Source of the DNA: Candidatus Latescibacterota bacterium
GTDB lineage: Bacteria; Latescibacterota; UBA2968; UBA8231
Assembly: GCA_965248265.1 (NCBI GenBank)
Contig: CBDFJF010000002.1
Location: 800,001 to 864,000 of the forward strand
Reading direction: 5' to 3'
Length of the DNA: 64,000 nucleotides
The position numbers and the translations under genes were made by a program. Each line of letters begins with the position of its first letter. The stretch's first letter is position 1. Below the pieces are notes generated by a model that saw only the letters and a program-made list of their open reading frames with translations, was not told where the DNA came from and made no database searches. Positions 30,384-40,329 of the stretch are shown piece after piece.

Positions 30384-31652
30384 TCATCCCGCGGCTCGTT
30401 GGATCTGCAGTTCCAGCAGATGGCGCTCATGCTCCGTACGAGCGCGGGATAACGCTTCGTCCAGAAAAGCGCGGGCTGGCTCAGGTGAGCCGGCCCGCAT
30501 GTACAGGTTGGCGAGCACGGCAGCCACCGCGTGGGTGTGGGGCAGATTGCCGGCCCGCCGGATCTCCTCCACCAATGGGATGGCAGCGGCCGCGCCATCC
30601 CGGTAGGAAACGGCCACTGCCCGGTTGAGTTCTGCCAGCGGCGAGGGCTCTGCCTCTATCAAGCGATCATACAAATTGCAGATCGACGGCCAGTCCGTCT
30701 CCTCGAAATGGTCCGCGTCACAGTGCCGTGAGGCGATCGCCGCCTCCAGGTGATAGCGCCCCGCCCGCACCGTCTCCATTTGTGCCGTGCGTCCCAGGTA
30801 GGCCAATCCCTGATTGATCAACTGACGGTCCCAAAGTGAACGGTCCTGTCGATCGAGTGGAATCAAGTGGCCTTGAGCGTCCAGGCGGGATTCGAGTCGA
30901 GCAACGACCAGGCACATCAGCGCGAGAAGGGCTACGGTGTCGCTGTTGGATAGCGTCGGTTGGTCGACGAGGAGCCTGGTCAGCGACATGGCCTCGTGGC
31001 ACATCTCCTGCGAGATCGGCTGCTCACCCGTGGACAGGTAGCCTTCGTTGAACAGCAGGTAGAGGACGGCATGAACCGTCTCCAGTGCAGCCGGCAACGC
31101 CTCCGGCGTCGGCAAGGCGAAGTCCACGCCCTCGAGGCCCCGTCGTGTGCGATAGAGACGCTTGTTGATGGTCGATTCGGTTGTCAGCAAGGCGCGGGCG
31201 ATGGCGGGGACACTGAAACCACACAGGGTCTTGAGGATCAGGGTTATCCTGTTTTCCGGTGACAGCGTGTCATTACAACACATGAAAATCATCCGCAGCT
31301 GATCGTCGCGGATAACTTCCTCTTCGAAGGCTTCGTCGACGGTCGTGGACAAGGTCCACTCGCTGTCCAGGTACTTCTCCAGATCCTGTGCAAAGGTTCG
31401 TCGAGTGCGCTCGCGCCGGATGGCATCGATGGCGCGGTTGCGGGCACTCGTCAACATCCAGGCGGCGGGATTGTCCGGAATACCCTGCCCTGACCACGAG
31501 TCCATGGCGGCGATGAAGGACTCCTGCAACACGTCCTCGGCCAGCTCCAGGTTCTGGGGACCAAAGATGCGGGTGAGGACGGAGATCAGCCGTCCCGACT
31601 CGCGCCGGAAGAGGTGCTCGATCTCTGTTCGGATATCGGCAGGATTAGTCAG
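30384..31652 (-). CDS. ECF RNA polymerase sigma factor with C-terminal DUF6596/TPR extension (ECF42-like)
   Basis: EHLFRRESGRL, AEDVLQESF..A...W...GIPDNPAAW...ARNRAID, DDQLRMIFMCC, VLYLLFNEGY, LDRQDRSLWD, LNRAVA. Conserved frame extends to a CTG at 31652. Confidence 0.85.
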   Translation of the reverse strand: MTNPADIRTEIEHLFRRESGRLISVLTRIFGPQNLELAEDVLQESFIAAMDSWSGQGIPDNPAAWMLTSARNRAIDAIRRERTRRTFAQDLEKYLDSEWTLSTTVDEAFEEEVIRDDQLRMIFMCCNDTLSPENRITLILKTLCGFSVPAIARALLTTESTINKRLYRTRRGLEGVDFALPTPEALPAALETVHAVLYLLFNEGYLSTGEQPISQEMCHEAMSLTRLLVDQPTLSNSDTVALLALMCLVVARLESRLDAQGHLIPLDRQDRSLWDRQLINQGLAYLGRTAQMETVRAGRYHLEAAIASRHCDADHFEETDWPSICNLYDRLIEAEPSPLAELNRAVAVSYRDGAAAAIPLVEEIRRAGNLPHTHAVAAVLANLYMRAGSPEPARAFLDEALSRARTEHERHLLELQIQRAAG

Positions 31653-31926
31653 TGCGTTCCGTGATTTCCAAGAGGTGGTAACCGAATTGCGTTTTCACCG
31701 GTCCGTGTACGACGTTCAGGTCGCCGCTGAAAACGACATCGTCGAACTCCTTAACCATCTGACCGGGTCCAAACTCACCCAGGGCGCCACCCTCGCGGCC
31801 CGACGGGCAGCTGGAATGCTCGCGCGCGACATCCGCGAAGTCGGCACCCCCTTCAATCTCTCCCTTCAACTCCACACACTTCTCTTCGCTGTCCACGAGA
31901 ATATGCCGTGCGCTGGCTGTCGCCAC
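31645..31926 (-). CDS. ppiC: Parvulin-type peptidyl-prolyl isomerase
   Basis: ASARHILV, HSSCPSG..GG.LG.F..GQMV.EFD, PVKTQFGYHL; GTG start after GGAGG. Confidence 0.92.
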   Translation of the reverse strand: MATASARHILVDSEEKCVELKGEIEGGADFADVAREHSSCPSGREGGALGEFGPGQMVKEFDDVVFSGDLNVVHGPVKTQFGYHLLEITERTD

Positions 31927-31955
31927 AGGGACCTCCTTCACTTTTGAGTGTTCTG

Positions 31956-31973
31956 ATCGAAACGTGTTTCGAT
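31956..31973. promoter_or_regulatory. 18-bp palindrome between divergent ppiC and ggt
   Basis: ATCGAAAC-gt-GTTTCGAT. Confidence 0.35.
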
Positions 31974-32190
31974 AAAGCTACGTGATCGCCGAATTTTCAC
32001 CACCCGTACCGTGCAAATTCGCCCATGCAGGATCCGTTGTCTGCGTGCCTGCGTCCGAATCCGGCACAGGGGCGCAGTATCGCAACGTTACAACGTCGGT
32101 TGGCAGGCAATTCTGCAAGCAGCGATATTGATCGACCAGCAAGGCGCTCGAAACGAGCTCAGGCCACAACTCTATCAGAAATAAGCGTAT

Positions 32191-33837
32191 ATGACTGGTC
32201 CCTCTGCCTATCCTCCACCCACTCGCCCGGTCGTGATGGGTACGGACGGTATGGTCTCTGCCGGCAACATGCTGGCGACGATGGCCGGAGTGCGGATGCT
32301 GGCCGATGGTGGCAATGCCTTCGATGCGGCGGTCGCGGTGGGGACCACGCTCGGGGTCGTCGAGCCTTACCACTCAGGCCCTGGTGGGGTGGGTACCGCC
32401 ATTGTTCGCCTGGCAGGTGAAAGCAAATCGAGGATTCTGGATTTCACGGGCAGGAGCCCGGGTGCCGCCGACCCTGAACGCTATACAGCAGAGATGAGAG
32501 ATCTCGGAGTCCTGGCGCCTATGGTTCCCGGCAATGTCGCCGGCTGGCTCGAGTTGCACAGTAAGCACGGTGCGCTCGATCGGGAGCAGGTGTTCGGGCC
32601 TGCCATCGACTACGCCGAGAACGGGTACCCGACTACCTATCAGAACAGCTCGGTGATTGATGAGTTCGCCGATCGCTTGCGGCCGTTTACCAGTTCGGTC
32701 GAGGCGCTGTTGGAGGAGTCTTCGGGTCGAGCGTCCGCGCCCGGCACACGCCGCCGATGGCCGTTGATGGCGGCCTCGCTGCGGCTGATTGCTCAGCAAG
32801 GTCGAGACGCCTTTTACACCGGTGAGCTGGCCGAGCGCATGGTAGGAGATGTTCAGAAGTTGGGGGGCATTCTGACCCTCGATGACTTCGCCCGGTACGA
32901 AGCTGAGTGGCAGGATGCGCTCAGTGTCGACTACCGCGGCTACCAGGTCTTTGCGCCGCCATTGCCTTCGTGCGGTTTCCAACTCCTGCAGCATCTCAAG
33001 TTGATGGAGTGCTTCGATCCGAGTGAACTGGAATACCAGAGCGCGGACACCGTACACGCCACGGTCGAAGCGGCAAAGCTCTCCATCGCTGACCGCATCG
33101 CCCTGGCAGGAGACCCGGACTACATCGCGCCCCTGCCGCTTGAGAAGCTGCTCTCGTCTGAGTACGCGGCGCAGCAGAAGGAACGGATCGAAATGAACGC
33201 GGCAGCGGCGGTTGCTGGTGAGAGCTATGTCTCGGATCCACCCGCGGACGCGTTGATGCCGGGCAGCCGATCTAACGGAGGCAACACCACCCACTTCGAG
33301 GTAGCGGATCGCGACGGCAATGCCATCGGTATCACGCAGACGCTGGGAGGATACTTCGGATGCGCCGTCGCCGTGGGGGGTACCGGATTCTTCCTGAATA
33401 ACATGACGCTTTTTGCCGATTCGGATGAGTCAGCCCCAAACCGCTACGGACCAGGACGCAAGATTGCCACCGCACTGGGTCCGAGCCAGACCTTCAAGGA
33501 TGGTCGCTTCGTCCTGACACTGGGCATGCCGGGGGGCTGGGCTATCCTGCAGCGGACGGTGCAGATCATGCTCCACCTCATCGATTTCGGCATGGACGTG
33601 CAGCAGGCGATCGAGGCACCGCAGTTTCGCCAGTATGCCGGGCGCGATCTTCACTTTGAGGATCGCCTGCCGGTGCAGGTGCGGCGAGAACTCGAGGCCC
33701 GCGGTCACCAACTCACCAATCTGGAGTCGTGGTCGTTGCGGGTATCGGGTGCCCACGGAATTCTCGTCGACGAGGAGTCGGGCACCTACATGAGCGGCTG
33801 TTGCACCCGCCGCGAAGGGTACGCCATCGGCTTGTGA
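32191..33837 (+). CDS. Gamma-glutamyltransferase family (Ntn hydrolase), copy 1
   Basis: GGNAFDAAVA, VPG.VAGW, GDPD, N|TTHF nucleophile, G.PGG. Confidence 0.88.
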   Translation: MTGPSAYPPPTRPVVMGTDGMVSAGNMLATMAGVRMLADGGNAFDAAVAVGTTLGVVEPYHSGPGGVGTAIVRLAGESKSRILDFTGRSPGAADPERYTAEMRDLGVLAPMVPGNVAGWLELHSKHGALDREQVFGPAIDYAENGYPTTYQNSSVIDEFADRLRPFTSSVEALLEESSGRASAPGTRRRWPLMAASLRLIAQQGRDAFYTGELAERMVGDVQKLGGILTLDDFARYEAEWQDALSVDYRGYQVFAPPLPSCGFQLLQHLKLMECFDPSELEYQSADTVHATVEAAKLSIADRIALAGDPDYIAPLPLEKLLSSEYAAQQKERIEMNAAAAVAGESYVSDPPADALMPGSRSNGGNTTHFEVADRDGNAIGITQTLGGYFGCAVAVGGTGFFLNNMTLFADSDESAPNRYGPGRKIATALGPSQTFKDGRFVLTLGMPGGWAILQRTVQIMLHLIDFGMDVQQAIEAPQFRQYAGRDLHFEDRLPVQVRRELEARGHQLTNLESWSLRVSGAHGILVDEESGTYMSGCCTRREGYAIGL

Positions 33838-35480
33838 AAACCTGGAAGGATCATCCGCCTCCGAGCCGGCCTGTTGCCATGGGCGTCAATGGCATGGTCG
33901 CCGCGGCCCACCCGATGGCCTCTGCGGAAGGGGTTCGCGTACTGGCAGACGGGGGCAACGCCTTTGACGCAGCGGTAGCGACTGCGGCCACCCTCAATGT
34001 AGTAGAGCCCTACATGTCCGGAGTCGGCGGCATCGGCATCGCCCTGGTATACGTCGCCAACGAGGGTCGGGTGCGGGCTCTGAATTTCTCCGGCCGGGCG
34101 CCGCTGGCAGCCGAACCGGACCGCTTCACGGATGAAACGCAGAAAACCGGCCTGCTGGCACCCCTGGTTCCCGGCAACGTCGCGGGTTGGCTGGCGCTGC
34201 ACGAGGCGTATGGCAGCATGGAACGCCAGCGGTTGTTTGCACCGGCGATCGGCCACGCCGAGCGCGGGGTTCCCGTAACACACTGGAACAGCCAGATCAT
34301 GGCCACCAGCGTCGAACGGCTGTGTCAGTTTGAGTCTTCCGCGGCCATCATCCTGGACGCGGATGGCAATGCGCTCTCGCCAGGCAAGCGGCTCCCCATG
34401 CCTCAGCTGGCTCAATCGTTGCGGACGATCGCCCATGACGGAGCGGATTCCTTCTACCGCGGTGAGTTGGCGCAGCTGCTGGTCGATGGTGTCCGCAGCA
34501 TGGGTGGGTTGCTGACGGCAGATGACCTCGCCGACTACCAGGCCGAGTGGGAGGAACCGATCAGCACCCAGTACCGCGGTCACGAAGTCTTTGCCAATCC
34601 GCCCAATTCCTCGGCCTTCCAGGTTTTGCAGACGCTCAATTTGATTGAGGGCTTCGACCCACATGAGCTGACTTCACAGGATCCTCGGACGCTTCATCTG
34701 TTCATGGAATCGATGAAGCTGTGTATCACCGACCGCATTCAGTACGCCGGCGATCCCGATTATGTGCAGGCGCCGCTGGCGGCTCTGCTCTCCAAGAAAT
34801 ACGCGGCCAGTCAACGTGCTCGTATCGACGAAGCACGGGCGGCGGCCGTATCCGGTGAGCATTACAATCTGACTGTACCCCCGGATTCGCTCACATCGGG
34901 CAGTCTGGAGGACTTCGAAGGGGGTATGACGACGCACTTTGCGACGGCCGATCGAGACGGCAACGTCGTCACCGTGACGCAGACGTTGGGCGGCGCTTTC
35001 GGGTCAGCCGTGGCCATCGGCGATACCGGCATTTTTCTAAACAACATGGCCGGCTGGTTTGACCTCGAAGAGGGGAGTCCGAATCTCATCGGGCCGGGGA
35101 AGCGCGTTGATTTCTGCGTGGCACCCACGCAGACCTTCCGCGACGGCGAGTTCGTGCTCAGTGCCGGTACGCCTGGCAGTTGGGGCATCCTGCAGACGAC
35201 GCCGCAGATACTGTTGAATGTTCTAGAGTTCGGGATGAACCTGCAGCAAGCGATCGATGCGCCCAGGTTCAGGTGTTACGGGGGAACGCACGTCGCCATG
35301 GAGGAGCGTTTTCCGATCGAGACCCGGCGTGCCCTGACGGAACTCGGACACGAAGTGGAAGTGCTGGACCCGTGGTCGGCCACTCTCGGGGGTGCCCAGG
35401 CCCTCGCGGCTGACGCGCAACAGGGCGTGTTTCAGGGCGGTGCTGATCCCAGAAGAGACGGATTCGCCTTCGGTTTGTAA
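33834..35480 (+). CDS. Gamma-glutamyltransferase family, copy 2
   Basis: GTGA overlap with copy 1; GGNAFDAAVA, M|TTHF, GTPGS, GGADPRRDG. Confidence 0.9.
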   Translation: MKTWKDHPPPSRPVAMGVNGMVAAAHPMASAEGVRVLADGGNAFDAAVATAATLNVVEPYMSGVGGIGIALVYVANEGRVRALNFSGRAPLAAEPDRFTDETQKTGLLAPLVPGNVAGWLALHEAYGSMERQRLFAPAIGHAERGVPVTHWNSQIMATSVERLCQFESSAAIILDADGNALSPGKRLPMPQLAQSLRTIAHDGADSFYRGELAQLLVDGVRSMGGLLTADDLADYQAEWEEPISTQYRGHEVFANPPNSSAFQVLQTLNLIEGFDPHELTSQDPRTLHLFMESMKLCITDRIQYAGDPDYVQAPLAALLSKKYAASQRARIDEARAAAVSGEHYNLTVPPDSLTSGSLEDFEGGMTTHFATADRDGNVVTVTQTLGGAFGSAVAIGDTGIFLNNMAGWFDLEEGSPNLIGPGKRVDFCVAPTQTFRDGEFVLSAGTPGSWGILQTTPQILLNVLEFGMNLQQAIDAPRFRCYGGTHVAMEERFPIETRRALTELGHEVEVLDPWSATLGGAQALAADAQQGVFQGGADPRRDGFAFGL

Positions 35481-35488
35481 GGAGACAG

Positions 35489-37513
35489 TTATAGCACTGT
35501 TTCCTTACCCGCCGCCATCGCCTGTCGCAACATCTGGCTGACAATGCTGTCCGCATCATGCTGCTCGAAGTAGGCGACGTCCGCTACAATCACCAGCTTT
35601 CCGCGCGCCCTCGAGATGCTGACGTTGATGAGGTTGCGGGCCGAAGATCCTGGTCCCTTGCCGGCCAGCAGCACGCCTGGAGGCAGTGGCGCGGCATCCA
35701 CGGTGTCGAGGATGACCATGTCCCGCTCTCCGCCCTGAAAACGGTGCACGGTCCGGCTCTCGACCCGTTCATCCAGATTCCGGTCAGCGGAGAGCAAGCG
35801 CCTGATCAACCGTGATTGTTCGGTATACGGGGTGATGATGGCGACGGATTCGATTCCGTCAGAAACGGCTTCCTGCGCCAATTCCACGCAGGTCTGCGCT
35901 GTCATTTCATTGTAGCGGGAATAGCTTCCATCGGGTGTGGCACATTGCGTCTGGCCGTGGGTATCCACGACGACGAGCGGCTGGCCCGGGTGCGGAGCGT
36001 GGGCGGCGATGTGCTCAGTCTCAACAGTACTGCCGCCATGCTGCAGCCGGCCTTCGTAAAACAACCCACCCACCAAATCGCCGATCCTTGGGTTCATCCG
36101 GTACTGAGTATCCAACATCACAACCAACTCACTGTCGTGAGGCTGTGGTACTGTAACGGCAAAGATGCTGCGGCCCATGGCCCGATAGACGTAGGGCTCT
36201 CTCGACTGAACGATTGGCGGCAACTGCTGCGGGTCGCCGACCATGACGGCACCCTGCCCCAACGCGGCGCAATAAAACAGCGATGGCAGCACGGCCATGC
36301 CCGCCTCCTCGACGATGACGACGTCGAAACGCTGTGGTGCCATCAGACTGCTGATGTAGACATTCGTCATGGTCGCGAAGACGACACAGGCGCCATCGAC
36401 GGCGCCTGCTTCCCGCTTGATCAGCTCGCCTCGCAAATCCCGGGCTCTCTGCGCGCAAAGATCGCGGCAACGTTGCAGCCGGTCTCGCCGGTGGGTGACT
36501 ACCATGATCTGTTGGTCGATTTCTTGCGTGGTCAGCTGCAGTGCACGTTTCGCCGAAAACACTGACGCGAGGCTGCCTTCATCAAGAACAGATGCCGGAG
36601 CATCGCCGAACAGTCCCAGCTGATTGGTCGGGGTCGCGCCGTCGAGTTCAACAAGAAGCTCATCACACTTGGTCAGGAGTTGGCGCACTTCCAGTTGGCG
36701 TTCTTCTAGGAGAAGGAGACGAGATCGCAGGCGCGTGTTCAGTCGCTCGACTACCTCGCGGATGCTGGCTCCATGAGTCTCACCCTGCGCTTGCCCGAGT
36801 CGCACAACTTCTCCCCGATCCAGCGCTTCCTTCCCCGGGTCTAACTCGACGAGCTTGGCGAGGGCTTGATCGATCGCGGCGTGCGTCGTCGAGGTGACGA
36901 GGATTCTCTTGCTCTGCTGCAGCAAGGCGGTGATGATATGCCCGAGGGTCGTCGTCTTACCCGTGCCTGGCGGCCCCAACACGAAGGCGGGTGTGCGCTG
37001 GCAACTCAGCTCAATCGCCTGGAGTTGGCTGTCATTGAGTGGAGTATCATCGATTACCGTGATCGTCGGAGCCTCGGGGAGTGACCGAGACGGGAGCTTT
37101 CCGAACAACTCCAGCGCGGTGTCGGTGCGAAAGCTGTCCCCATCGATCAGTAACTGCAGGGCCGCTTTCAATTTCTCATACAGAAACCACGGATAGATGA
37201 CCAACGTCACAGGACCAGCATCGAAATCTATCTCGCGATCACAACGCACAACGATCTGGTCCTTGTCGATGCCGGTAATCTCGACCAGATGCTCACCGCC
37301 GTTGCCGGTGATCAGGCTGCACTCCCCTCCCAGCGTCAGCTTGTCGTTGGCTTGCAGTACCTTGAACTGGTATAGGCGCCGGCCATTTTCATCCGGGTCA
37401 TCGAGCTGGCCACCTTGACCAAGCGGCACCTCAAAGGGTCCCATGCGGGCACGCATGGCATCCATCTCCATGGACACGGCCTTTTTGAAGCTATCGATGA
37501 ACCGCGTGAGCAT
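35489..37513 (-). CDS. SF1 helicase, DNA2/NAM7 (UPF1-like, AAA_11/AAA_12) family
   Basis: LNDSQ, GPPGTGKT, EEAG, VGDPQQLPP, LDTQYRM, FYEG.L, ITPY..Q, TVHRFQGGE, NVSISRAR. Confidence 0.88.
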   Translation of the reverse strand: MLTRFIDSFKKAVSMEMDAMRARMGPFEVPLGQGGQLDDPDENGRRLYQFKVLQANDKLTLGGECSLITGNGGEHLVEITGIDKDQIVVRCDREIDFDAGPVTLVIYPWFLYEKLKAALQLLIDGDSFRTDTALELFGKLPSRSLPEAPTITVIDDTPLNDSQLQAIELSCQRTPAFVLGPPGTGKTTTLGHIITALLQQSKRILVTSTTHAAIDQALAKLVELDPGKEALDRGEVVRLGQAQGETHGASIREVVERLNTRLRSRLLLLEERQLEVRQLLTKCDELLVELDGATPTNQLGLFGDAPASVLDEGSLASVFSAKRALQLTTQEIDQQIMVVTHRRDRLQRCRDLCAQRARDLRGELIKREAGAVDGACVVFATMTNVYISSLMAPQRFDVVIVEEAGMAVLPSLFYCAALGQGAVMVGDPQQLPPIVQSREPYVYRAMGRSIFAVTVPQPHDSELVVMLDTQYRMNPRIGDLVGGLFYEGRLQHGGSTVETEHIAAHAPHPGQPLVVVDTHGQTQCATPDGSYSRYNEMTAQTCVELAQEAVSDGIESVAIITPYTEQSRLIRRLLSADRNLDERVESRTVHRFQGGERDMVILDTVDAAPLPPGVLLAGKGPGSSARNLINVSISRARGKLVIVADVAYFEQHDADSIVSQMLRQAMAAGKETVL

Positions 37514-37522
37514 GGTGTGAGG

Positions 37523-38821
37523 TCAATCGCCAGTCGGCGGCTCTCCGGGAGGTCTGCAAAACAACAGGCAGGCGATTCCGAGGGTGAAGGGTAAGGCAGC
37601 GAAGCCGATGAGGACCGTTGAGTAGCTGCCCAACAGGTCGCGGGCAATGCCGAGGGGCATGGGGCCGAGGGCGGAGCCGGCTATCCCAATGGTCGCGGCC
37701 AGACCCGCAATACTGCCAAGGTGTTGGCGGCCGAAGTAGTTGGCGTAGACGACGCTGATGACGAGCGTCTCGATGCCACCCTGCACACCCATGACGACGC
37801 CGAAGCCGTACGCCATCTTCGCCGAACTCAAGGTGGTGGCCATGATCAGAATCAACGCGTTGAGAAACAACGCCAACGCCTGCAGCACGTGAAGAGGCAC
37901 CCGGCCTACGGCTATGCCGCTGGCCAATTGCATTGCCGCCCCGGTTGCCGCGATAGGAAGGAAGACAGAGGCCGCCACCGTCTTGGAAAGGCCGCTGTCG
38001 GCGAAAATGCTGAAGAGGTGGAAGGACAGGCCGGTGTTGAACATGCTCATGATGACCGCGCCGACCGTCAACAGCCAGAACGCGGAAGTTCTGGTAGCCT
38101 GAGCAAGGGTCCAGTTCGCTTCGAGGGGTTGCTGGGGCCGGTCGTCTGAGTCATCTGACTGAGTGACGCCATCAGGCAGCAGGCCGTGGTCCTCGGGTCG
38201 GTCGCGAGTGAATATCCAGCCGATAGGTAACATGAACAGGATAAGCGCCGCACCCAGGATGATATAAGTCATGCGCCAGCCATAGATGGGAATCATCGAG
38301 TTGATCATGTAGGGAAAGAGGCCGCCCAACAGGGCTCCGGCGACGCCGGAGATTCCCATGACCACGCCGCGGCGGCGCACCCACCAGAGGTTGATGACGT
38401 TCTTGCTGACCAGGCTCAGGCTACCCTGTCCGAACTGGCGCATCATGAAGAAGCCGATGCCGAGCATGAGGGCACCTTGCACGAAGCCCATGTAGATGCA
38501 GGCCAAGCCCAGCAGCAGGCTCATTAGGGTGATCATGACGCGTGCGCCGCGTTTATCGAACTGGCGGCCGACGAACGGCAGGATGAAGCTGGCTGTGAGA
38601 GTGCCGGCGGTGTAGAGGGTGCTGACCAGGGATCGGCTGAGTTCCAGGTCCTCGATGAAATAGTCAAGGAAGGTCGAGAACACATACGTCTGACCGGGGC
38701 TGGTCATGACGCCGCCCAACGATCCGACGATGACGATGACCCAGCCGTAGTAGACGGGTGAGGCGGAGACGAGGCGGCTGGCGCGGGTGGCGTAGCGGAT
38801 GACTGGCCCTCCAGAGAGCAC
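37523..38821 (-). CDS. MFS transporter
   Basis: YYGW, SPGQT, G..FDKRGAR, WVRRRG, YFGRQHLGSI. Confidence 0.9.
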   Translation of the reverse strand: MLSGGPVIRYATRASRLVSASPVYYGWVIVIVGSLGGVMTSPGQTYVFSTFLDYFIEDLELSRSLVSTLYTAGTLTASFILPFVGRQFDKRGARVMITLMSLLLGLACIYMGFVQGALMLGIGFFMMRQFGQGSLSLVSKNVINLWWVRRRGVVMGISGVAGALLGGLFPYMINSMIPIYGWRMTYIILGAALILFMLPIGWIFTRDRPEDHGLLPDGVTQSDDSDDRPQQPLEANWTLAQATRTSAFWLLTVGAVIMSMFNTGLSFHLFSIFADSGLSKTVAASVFLPIAATGAAMQLASGIAVGRVPLHVLQALALFLNALILIMATTLSSAKMAYGFGVVMGVQGGIETLVISVVYANYFGRQHLGSIAGLAATIGIAGSALGPMPLGIARDLLGSYSTVLIGFAALPFTLGIACLLFCRPPGEPPTGD

Positions 38822-38988
38822 CTCGGGAAAGCGCCCGATGCGCGACTATCCAGCCGAGCCGCTCATGCGAGGGCCAACCAAGAGTCAGCGGCAAAGATAA
38901 GTACGTTGTGCCGAGAGCCGCCCGTGGCGTTCAACCGGTGAACCCATTCCGGTTATGATGACGGCTCGAATCGACGTATTTTGCCGAC

Positions 38989-40329
38989 ATGGGTACTCCA
39001 CGACACAAAGTCGTCATCCTCGGAGGAGGCTTCGGAGGGCTGTACGCGGCCAAGCAGCTAGGTGGACGGCGGGGGATCGATGTGACGGTAGTCGATCGGC
39101 GCAACTTCCATCTTTTCCAACCACTCCTCTACCAGGTCGCTACCGGAGGCCTTTCCCCAGGTGATATCGCTTCTCCGATCAGGGCGGTGCTGGCCCGGCA
39201 TGCCAACATCCGCGTGCTGACTGGCCACGCGAGCGGTTGCGATCTTGCCGGAAAGCGGCTGATTCTGAAGGACGGTGAGGTACCCTACGATACCCTGGTC
39301 GTCGCCGCCGGCGCACGCTATCACTACTTCGGCAATGATGCCTGGGCGTCCCACGCGCCGGGGTTGAAGACGATTGAGGATGCGCTCGAGATCCGGCGAC
39401 GGGTGTTCATGGCCTTCGAAGCTGCCGAACGCGAAACAGATGCCGATCGGCGTACCGCCTGGATGAGGTTCGCAATCGTGGGTGGTGGGCCAACCGGAGT
39501 TGAGCTCGCCGGGGCAGTCGCCGAGCTGTGTCACAGTACGCTCAAGGGTGATTTTCGCGCCATCGACACACGCGATGCCGAAGTGGTCTTGCTGGAGGGA
39601 ACGGTCCGCGTTCTGCCTCCCTATCCCGAACGGTTGTCAGCGAAAGCCAAGACTGCGCTCGAACGGCTCGGGGTGTCCGTGCTCACGAACGCGATGGTGA
39701 CGGAAATCGATGAGGACGGAGTGTCATACCGGATGGAGGAAGAAGAGGTGCGGATGCTCGCACGAACGAAGCTGTGGGCGGTTGGGGTCAGTGCCTCGGA
39801 GTTCGCTCAGGTCCTGGCGGATGGTACGGGTGCATCAACGGATCGAGGTGGCCGCATCGTCGTTAACGAGGACCTGACCATACCCGGTTATCCGGAGATT
39901 TTCGCGATCGGCGACCTTGCCAGTGTTGCAGGGCCGTCCGGCGAGCCGCTGCCCGGCGTTGCCCCCGTGGCAATGCAACAAGGCCGTTTCGTGGCGCGGG
40001 CGATTCGCGCCAGGTCAGCAGGCCGGGTGCCCGGCCTGTTCAGGTACGCGGACAAAGGCAGTCTGGCCGTTATCGGTCGCAACGCGGCTGTCGCCTATTT
40101 CGGCCGATTCGGCATCAGCGGGTTCCCGGCGTGGTTGACCTGGGTGTTCATCCACATCGCCTATCTCATCGAGTTCGACAACAAAGTGTTGGTGATCTTT
40201 CAGTGGGGGTGGAACTACCTGACCCGGAAGCGCGGCACGCGCCTGATAACAGGTGATGAAATTCTTCCAGTGCCCGACTCGGGTACGGATTTGCAGGACC
40301 TGACCAATGACAGAAAGGACCAATCATGA
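38989..40329 (+). CDS. ndh: Type II NADH dehydrogenase (NDH-2)
   Basis: GGGFGG, RRNFHLFQPLLYQVATG, GGGPTGVELAG, IGD, PGVAPVAMQQG, YADKGSLAVIGR. Confidence 0.92.
   Translation: MGTPRHKVVILGGGFGGLYAAKQLGGRRGIDVTVVDRRNFHLFQPLLYQVATGGLSPGDIASPIRAVLARHANIRVLTGHASGCDLAGKRLILKDGEVPYDTLVVAAGARYHYFGNDAWASHAPGLKTIEDALEIRRRVFMAFEAAERETDADRRTAWMRFAIVGGGPTGVELAGAVAELCHSTLKGDFRAIDTRDAEVVLLEGTVRVLPPYPERLSAKAKTALERLGVSVLTNAMVTEIDEDGVSYRMEEEEVRMLARTKLWAVGVSASEFAQVLADGTGASTDRGGRIVVNEDLTIPGYPEIFAIGDLASVAGPSGEPLPGVAPVAMQQGRFVARAIRARSAGRVPGLFRYADKGSLAVIGRNAAVAYFGRFGISGFPAWLTWVFIHIAYLIEFDNKVLVIFQWGWNYLTRKRGTRLITGDEILPVPDSGTDLQDLTNDRKDQS

Noticed and set aside
32100-32120. Sigma54 promoter TGGCAGGCAATTCTGC upstream of ggt
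   Set aside because: GG-GC spacing is 11 nt rather than the required 10.
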